A stretch of 64,000 nt of DNA from Octopus sinensis. Its lineage: Eukaryota. Numbering within the stretch: the stretch's first letter is position 1; the number at the start of each line of letters is the position of its first letter. The translations under genes were made by a program, and so were the position numbers. The stretch spans positions 47,244,001 through 47,308,000 of the forward strand of contig NC_042999.1 of assembly GCF_006345805.1 (NCBI RefSeq), given 5' to 3'. Shown one piece after another: positions 55,300 through 64,000 of this stretch. The notes under the pieces are model-generated. The model was not told the origin of the DNA. It ran no database searches and saw nothing but the letters and a program-made list of their open reading frames with translations.

Positions 55300-57200
55300 G
55301 CTGCAAAGGAGGTTAGCACCATGTATAAGATTATAAGATATTCGGAATAGAGACTGTTCAGCTCCGCAGTATCTCTGTCAGCAGTTAAATCCTGCGGACG
55401 AAAGCGGCTTCTTGTGGCACCGGAGAGAAGTAGGAACCCCTAGTTCAATCAATAGTTTTGATGCTATCCGATTAAAGGAGGAGATTTACAAAGCACTACG
55501 CCCTCTTTCTTGCACTAACGGTACAAAAAAATGTGTGAAAAGTCGCAAAAGAGGCAATAATGGTCCCCAATATTAAGCCATTGGAAAAGTTTGTTCATAT
55601 TCTAGACCCCAGTTTTAGATCACCAAATAAAGTTTTCTGGCAGACCATTAGCCGATTTTATTTTAGCAAGTCTGCCTACGCGCCTACTATCACAAACTCG
55701 TCTGGGTTCCTTCCTCTCGAGACTTAGGGAGAATATTTTGCTGATCCGCTAAATCCGGTCACAATAAAAGCTGATGTACATGAGATACTCTATGAGCGAT
55801 AACTAATCTCTTGGTGATTGAGGTGAGAAGGACAATTAAAGAGCTCAAATGAGGCAAGGCCCCTGAAAAGGATGACATATGGGCCGAAATGATAAAGGCC
55901 TTAAACACAGAAGGCATTTTCTATCTGTCTCCAGAAATCCTGAATCCCTGGAAAAGTATCTAAGTCGTGGAAATCGTGAAAGATAATCTCAGATTTCAAA
56001 AAGGAAGGTAAAAATATGGCTCTTATTATACAGGAATCTCCTTGTGAAGTATCACCGGCACAGTCTGTGTATGGCAAAGAGATATTGGGACATTGTTCAC
56101 TCCATGATGTGTGGTTTCTGCCCAGAATGCAGCAGAGACGATTAAATATTAACACTGCGACATGTCCTCGACAAGTGGTGAAAGCATTGTCGAGAGGTGT
56201 ATGCTTGCTTCATACACCTTGAAAATGCATGCGACCGCTTTTCATGGCAAGTGATGTGGAAATTCATCAAGAATATGAGGTCGAAGAACATCGCCCATTT
56301 GTCTTGAAGTCTCTAAAAGATTCCCTATCATTACCGAATAGATGGTATTTAAGTCGAAACCCTTCCGACTCCTCCAAGAGCGCATATTCTCACTCTGCTG
56401 TTTATAATCTTTACGTACATGATTCACATACGCAGCTGGGTTGGAACTGGTATTGAGACAGGTGCGTGAAGAATCATTCAGCTGGAATTTGCAGACAACA
56501 TGGTACTACTAAACACGTAGGGAGGTGATCTCTGAAACACACTTTATTCTGATCAGGAAAATCTGTGTGGTGAAGACTGAAACACACGTCGTCTCAAGGA
56601 AACCTACACAATGCTATGTACATGTGAGTGGAGTGCTATTGAAGCAGCCGAAGAAGTTCAGATAACACTTTCGCGAGTGAAGGAAGACAAGAAACTGGAT
56701 TAAGTTCAAGAATTAGAGGAACTGCTGCAGTAATGCACCAGCTTCAATATTCACTCGCTCGCCAGAAGACGGTACATAGGTTATAAAAGCCAAACTATCT
56801 TCTGTTCATTGGTCGTGCTTACCCTTACCAATGGTGACGAATCTTAGGTAATGGTCGAAAAGACATAATCGTGAATATAAGCAGCTGCGATGGGGTTCTA
56901 CTGATGTGTTTTTAGAGTAACGTTATTCAATAGATTGTGTATCTCGAAGATCAAGGCAGAGCCGCAACGTCTCCGAAATTAGAGACAACAGCTTCGATAT
57001 TACGGTCATGTTGTAAGAAAGTCTCCAAAAGAATCACTGAACGGGTTTTACGGTCAAGATCCTCAAGAGCCTCTAGGTTTAGATCACGTGGTAGAGGGGT
57101 GAACAGCATCTATAAGTCCGATTGGTTTCGGTCGTGAATCCGACAGGATAATTGGAAACGCTCGCTTCTTACAGGACCAGTGAACATGATGAGATCAAGG
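55300..57200 (+). mobile_element. Highly decayed RTE-like LINE RT region
   Basis: Remnants GKAPEKDDIWAEMIKAL, FKKEG, YTGIS and FADNMV; no intact ORF. Confidence 0.55.
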
Positions 57201-58718
57201 TGATTGAGTCTCTGCAATATGTTTGAATTTACTCAGTATATTTCCATATTGCATTCCAATTTGGAGGAGGAGGTAATTTGATTATATCGACTCCAGTGTT
57301 CAATTTGTAATTACTTTATCGACTCCAAAAGAATGAAAGGCAAATTCAACGACATTCAGAAATTGAACTCAGTACAAGACGGAAGAAATGATTATGCAAG
57401 CACACCGCTTTAATGGAATGTCATATTACTAGTGAATATTGCGTTGTTATTTTTAAATGAGCATGAAATAATAATCTAAAGTTATCACACACACAAACGC
57501 ACACATACGCACATTTATTGTTTACATATAATGTCATACATACTTATATAAGTGTAGTGTTCGGAATCTTCCTTTGAAGACATAGGGTCAGTTTATTCAA
57601 CCAAAATGTTTAAAGCGATACCCCAGCATAGCCGCAGTCCAATGGCAGAAAGGGGTATAATATATACATATGTATATTATTTAGGCAGTGTTATTCGGCT
57701 CCCTGCAACTTAAAGTTTCCCAGGCCGCTAAAACCCTAATATAAGCCAGTGTCTTTCAGGCTTGACACTACCGACTCGATAATCTAAAAGCTGAATGAGG
57801 CGGGCTTCTGTTAGAGGCCTGCCAAACTTTAATAGTTTGATTCGTATGGAAACGAATCAAACTCTCTGAAATTAAAAATATATCTCCTAGTAAATCTTTT
57901 GAGTAGTACCCTTTTCTTTTGTTTCTCCACTTACTCGGATAAATATGTGTGTGTGTGCGTATGTGTGTGTGTGATTGTTTGTGTATGTGTGCGTAAAAAG
58001 AGCATCAACTAAATATCTAATAATCAGATACTTCGGGGTTAATAAACAAACACACACACACGTTTACATCAGGGTACTTCACACATTTTTTTATGCAAAC
58101 ATTTAACAATAACATAAGGATACTGAATAGAATGTATATCTTTGTTCATTTAGCACCCTTCAGTAGAGCGTGACAGATAATTCCGTAGTGGCACCCAGTC
58201 ATCATTATTTGATACTGAAATTAAATCTTCTATGGCAGCTTCACACTATTGTTTGAATTTTATTAATTCAGAATGATGAAATTATATCGGCACCTGTGTG
58301 GCCTTTCAACTATGTTTCTAGTTTCGTTACTTTTAGAGAACCCACGGACGTTCATTATTTTTGTTTCATTGCAGAATTTTTAATTCATTTACTCTATTTA
58401 TCTCACTCTTTTTCTTACAGGGAATCCCTAACACTTCAACAGTAATAATTCTAAAATTTCATTGTCATTTCAAAATCATATTAAGTTAAGAACTCGATAA
58501 TAGAAAATTGATTTTCCATTCAAGTGCCATTCTGTTAAAAGTATGGTGAAAACTTTTCAGTTTACATTTCTCACATCCATACGTCTAGGTGCGCACTTTT
58601 TCTTTCATACGCACATATATATGTGCATGCACATTATAAAATAACACAGGCACATATTTACATATACGTATATATATATATATACATACAAACATATATA
58701 TATATACAAACATATATA

Positions 58719-58775
<57 letters not shown>

Positions 58776-58831
58776 ATATTTCGGAATGGTCATATATATA
58801 TATACATATATTTACATACATACATATATAC

Positions 58832-58905
<74 letters not shown>

Positions 58906-59949
58906 CATAGATCAATATAGGTGTCTGTGTGTATGTCTGTGTGTGCGTGTTTGAGCTTGCGCATGACAGAGAGTGAGCTGAAATAATACAGGTAAAAGGA
59001 AATACAAATAAAGTCATACGGTTGTAGACACCTGAAAGGATAATAAAAGCTTCATTTGTAACACATGATTTGAAGTGATGTACTTTTAATATTTTTAACT
59101 CTGAAGGAATAGACTAGACTCTCACTTACAGTGTGAAATACAAAAACAAAATTGAAACGAAACCTTAGACTTGTGAACGATATTTTAGTATTATACTCTA
59201 TTGCGCATCAGCAATGTATCCAACAAATACGAGTGTCATAGAAGAGCCATTTGATAGGTAGATATAAAACATAACAAAGTGAAGCAAATATCTTTAGGAA
59301 ACCACTGGAATGTGCAGGAAAGGATATAATGAACAATAGCAAGACCCAAAGCATAGAAAACTATACACTCAGAAAATAACACGAGCAGCTACCGATGAAA
59401 AGACATCCACAAATGAAAGGTAGCCTAAGAGCACAATACAAAATTTAGAATAGACAGTATACCTCAGAAGGAAGAATGCGACACAGGAGAATGTATAATG
59501 CACACTATTAGTCCGTGAAAGACAGGAAATGCTACAGGAACTGCCATACAAGAAATAATGAGGGAATTTCAGCAACTCCTGATATGGAGGAAATGAAGAT
59601 GAAAAGCTAATCCACAGCCACAATATACCTGTGTTTTCAAACAGAATAAAGCACAAACCAACACCACATCTGAAAAATCGGGTGTGTTTCTGATCGCAAG
59701 TTGTTTTGAGATTGTAATAGTACGACTATATTGGTCCCTCAATTGTAGTGACAGATAATTTCACATATATAAGGAGCTTCAAGTTTGTGCTTTCGTAAAG
59801 ATTATGGTTATATACGATGTTTGGCAATTTTTAAATTTCCTGATGGTCTAGGTTACACAACACAGAGGCACTCATACATGTATACACACACGTATATGCA
59901 TGTGCGTGTGTATGTGTATGTGAGTGCGTGAATGCGGTGTAGTATATAT

Positions 59950-60165
59950 ATATAAGTTCAGCAAAAATTTAAATTCAAATGAATATGGTACCAAATTTAG
60001 ATGCACCAGAATTCTGTATGGTGTTATCAATATAAATCCGTGGGGTGATTATAATCAAAATAAGCAACAAGAATGACTCCGTTAATTTGGTACGATCGTT
60101 TCGTACCACATCATTTTATCAAAATTACCAAATTACCGGAGTCATTCTTGTTGCTTATTTTCAGT
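59950..60165. mobile_element. Foldback element with a half-hammerhead between (TA)n tracts
   Basis: Inverted arms 60057-60092 and 60126-60161. The minus strand has GAAAC-GATC-GTA at 60091-60102 but no upstream CTGANGA. Confidence 0.6.
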
Positions 60166-60308
60166 ATATATATATATATATATAATATATATATATATAT
60201 GTGTATGCATGTATATATATATGTATGTATCTATGTATGTATGTATAAATGTGTGTATAAAGAAGTTGTGTATATACCGAAGTGTGTATATATATATACA
60301 TACGTCTG

Positions 60309-60371
<63 letters not shown>

Positions 60372-60877
60372 GAATATCGAACAATGAGAATGACTGTTCA
60401 ACACCGCATTGCTGATAGACACAAGTACACACTCACATGCACACATACATTCAGATACATATATACTCATATATATACAAAAATATATGTGTGTAGGCGC
60501 GAAGATGTGCATATGCCTATATGAATATATATGTTCAATAAAGCAGGGTGCCAAAATTTCGATTGGGAGAGGATTTAGACCAATCTAAACATAGGACTGC
60601 ATCAAACTTCCTTATGTTCTTACATCAATAATTCTGAGTAATCCATATTGCGACCAAATACGTTTGCAAAATATATGACACAAATAACTAAAGTTGATCA
60701 TGATGTTATGTTCTAATGTTGCTTATCCATGACAATTTAATCTTCTTAAGGAAATATAGGATTACAGTAAGATGTATATGTATGCACTTATCACACATAG
60801 TGTATGATTCATACCATAACATATTATCATTGGTAGCATATCCCCAAATCCTCAATCACGGACAGGCATGTGTGTAG

Positions 60878-60911
<34 letters not shown>

Positions 60912-60929
60912 TATATGTATATATATATA

Positions 60930-60967
<38 letters not shown>

Positions 60968-60969
60968 GC

Positions 60970-61002
<33 letters not shown>

Positions 61003-61109
61003 TACACATATTTTGTTCAATCTGTGAGATTCATTATGCCAACAACATTAACACACGCAATGGTTCAATTCCACTCCTTTATTATTGGTCAATTGGTTAA
61101 ATATCCAAA

Positions 61110-61163
<54 letters not shown>

Positions 61164-61312
61164 ATTATATATATATACATATATATCACGTGATGACGTG
61201 ACCGACCAGACTATCAGATGTTGCTACACATCGCTGGTCACAATGCGGTTCGCATTGTTTTACCTTTCAAATGATGCCACCCCGCTGGCTAAGCGAGCAG
61301 GCAATATGTATA

Positions 61313-61427
<115 letters not shown>

Positions 61428-61553
61428 ATGGAGAGAGAGAGAGAGTGTGTGTGGATATGTTTGTGTGTGCGTATGTGTGTGTATGTATATACAGGAAGAA
61501 AGAAGGATTTCGAAACACACACTCACACTCACACCTACAGAAAGGCGCCCCTA

Positions 61554-61592
<39 letters not shown>

Positions 61593-63439
61593 AGTGAGTT
61601 GGTAATATGACATTGCTTTGAAAACGATTTCATTTATTTAATCGAGGATCAAATCTCGCGCGTTTGAAAGGAAGAATTTAATTGAATATTTTTAAGTCGT
61701 TGATTCCCTAAACCATTTCTATGTTTTACTGTATCGTAGTATCCTATTGTATATATGTCTGTGTGAGTAGATGTGTGTGTGTGCCCGCTTATATAATGAG
61801 TCTTAAAATTACCTTTTCTTAGCAGTTGTTTATACGAAGTTCCTTTGAAGTCATATATTTTCAGAACTCAGTTGTCTATTAGAATGGAAATATTGTGAAA
61901 GGAAAAATGAATAAAAAACAAAAACAAAAAAAAGACTAAACGGAACACGCTGATGAGATGAAGTTAGGAAAAGAAAAATGATTCCACATGGCTTAAGATA
62001 AATATTTAGTGACTGCACGTCACTTATGTTATATTAAACACAAACAGATGGCTAAGTATTTCCTTTTACGTTCTTGGCAAGAGAACAAGTCTTTGATTTT
62101 GGTTATTTTTCGAACACTTATTGGCATAGTATGCATTTCTGGCTTTGTAGGTTTTTATATAGTGTTTTTTTTTGTTTATCTTCTCATTCATTTATATACA
62201 CTTTCCTTTTTTTCACTTCAGGTTTGATTTAAAGGCCCTCTATCAATGAAAGGAAAAACACTAAATCAAGCAACAGTCTGGTTTATAATGTGAAATGATG
62301 GAGAATATTAATCGAATTTCCCGTTGAGCAAACAGTTTGCCGTAACTTAACAACCATTAAACTCTGGGTGTATGTCATAGTTAATTACTATCCTTCTCGC
62401 GGTAATGTGTGGCAAATATTCAAGAAAATCTGGTCAAAGGAAAAATTTATTGTTCGTGCTCGACTATATTTTTTTTTATGTCAGCTACTGCTCCTGCTCT
62501 AAATACATTACATTTAATCCAACTACCAACGAGTTTAATTTTATACATACATACATACATATATACATTCATTATCTATCTATCTTGATTTCTCTGACTC
62601 TCTCTCTGTCTCTCTTTCTCTAAAATGCACACACATATATATAGGTATATATATATATATTATATCTATATGTTTCTCACATCTATCTATCTAGTTATCT
62701 ATCTATCAATCTAGTTATCTATGTATTTATCTATACACACGCGCACGAATGCACACGCTCACACACACATAAATTATTATGGATATGTATACATCGCGAA
62801 CCGTTTTTAAATGCAGGAATTAAATAGTGCGAAAAATGCAATATTTTCAATAGAAGTTTTAAACACTTTTAAAAAATTGTATTAATTATTATATGCGTAC
62901 TCTCTCCTTGTGTCCTTGTGCTGGTTGCTTTTACAAACTAGCTTGTCACCTGCTGCAGTCCTCGTTCCGCCTGATCATACACTTTTGTTGATATACTTGT
63001 ACTTACAATGTAGGCTTGAGAGACTTAAGTTAAAAGTTAGCATTGGCTTGAAAGATGTAAAAGGAGATTTATGTGCAACATCTACCCCTTGACAATGATA
63101 AATTTCTTGTTGTTGTGCATCCGAAGTAGTAGTGCAAGGTTCACACCTCTTAATTTATTCTCGTGTAAAATGAACATCCTTTCAATTTGTTCGAGTTACT
63201 TCAACACGACATATAGGATAAATGTTATGCACATTAAAGTGTTGCTGAGATAAAACCACTGATAAGTGTGAATATGTATTTCTTTTTGCTACCAGTGTTA
63301 AAACAATTTGTATTCAGTTGATTTTGTAACCACTGCAGTTATGATGTAGAGTACGATAGTTGCAGGAACCCTATCAATATCTATAAAGCTGAAATGTGAA
63401 AAAGTTGCTTGATTTCTTGTGTATTTGTCTCATTTTGGA

Positions 63440-64000
63440 ATGGGGCGGATCGTGTCGTTCGCGAGAAGAGACTCAATAGATCGCAGTGTGGTAGCTGCTC
63501 TACTAAGCACGTCACTCCGAACGGCAAGTCGGGTCGTATGCAAGCGATCCCTTTCGTCTCGATCTCTTCGAACTAGTCGGGGCGGGACGACGAGCAGACG
63601 ACCACGGCGCGAACGCCGCGGCCGCCGCCGCGTCCCCGAATGGCAATTCCGCCGGCGACGCTGCCGCTCGCCGCGCGAACGCGACGGGCGGACGGCGAAC
63701 GCCGAGCTAAGGCATGCGCCTTGAGGTTGAGACGCTTTTGGAAAACAACTCGGGTCCGGCTACGGTTCCGGCTTAGAGGCGTTCAGCCGTTATCGCTCAG
63801 AGGCAGCCTGGCACCACCGCTCTATCGAGCGAGCGCGCAAACCGTTGCTCTGATCCCGCGGTTCCTCTCGTACTGGACAGGATAGCCGTAGCCGAGTTGA
63901 CGTTGCCGACGCCCGCCTAAGGTCGGCCGGAGAAACGCCGGCGGCACGGCCAGGACGGACGGACGCGCGAGCGCGCCGCCGCCTCGACCGCACGCCGAGT
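63440..64000 (-). rRNA. 28S rRNA: 3' end of 28S (LSU) rRNA gene, partial (continues beyond window)
   Basis: Minus strand has the sarcin-ricin loop AGTACGAGAGGAAC (63861-63874), 'CTGAACGCCTCTAAG' and the terminal 'GTAGAGCAGCTAC..CTGCGATCTATTGA'. Abrupt GC rise. Confidence 0.92.

Noticed and set aside
57834-57863. Short hairpins (12-bp stem here; 8-bp stem near 55272)
   Set aside because: Within chance expectation, with no supporting context.
59300-59680. Purine-rich stretch faintly like an R4/Dong fragment
   Set aside because: Too degenerate to call from sequence alone.
63007-63155. Minus-strand open stretch ending at a GTAAGT donor
   Set aside because: No clear acceptor or homology; chance occurrence is plausible.
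63419-63993. Arg-rich ORFs at the right edge
   Set aside because: Spurious frames over GC-rich 28S rDNA.

Overview
Eukaryotic, very AT-rich, microsatellite-saturated genomic DNA. The SINE families and repeat landscape strongly resemble Octopus/coleoid cephalopod DNA; this is an inference, not a database result. Almost all ORFs in the supplied track are microsatellite noise. Supported content: (1) one 45-bp exon of a nicotinic acetylcholine receptor-type (Cys-loop) subunit on the minus strand (10129-10173, DEVNQVLTTNVWIEQ), implying that much of the window is intronic; (2) decayed retroelements: CR1/L2-like LINEs, RTE-like LINEs and a Dong/R4-type REL element sitting in (TAA)n; (3) Tc1/mariner relics and many tRNA-derived SINEs; (4) a 100-N scaffold gap; (5) the 3' end of a GC-rich 28S rRNA gene on the minus strand at the right edge. 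The most striking unexplained signal is a set of short non-coding elements abutting (TA)n tracts. They carry type I hammerhead-ribozyme motifs and are often folded back into palindromes. The largest is a ~1.3-kb tandem-plus-inverted array of a 531-bp monomer with a hammerhead on each strand. These resemble Penelope pseudo-LTR or retrozyme-like elements.
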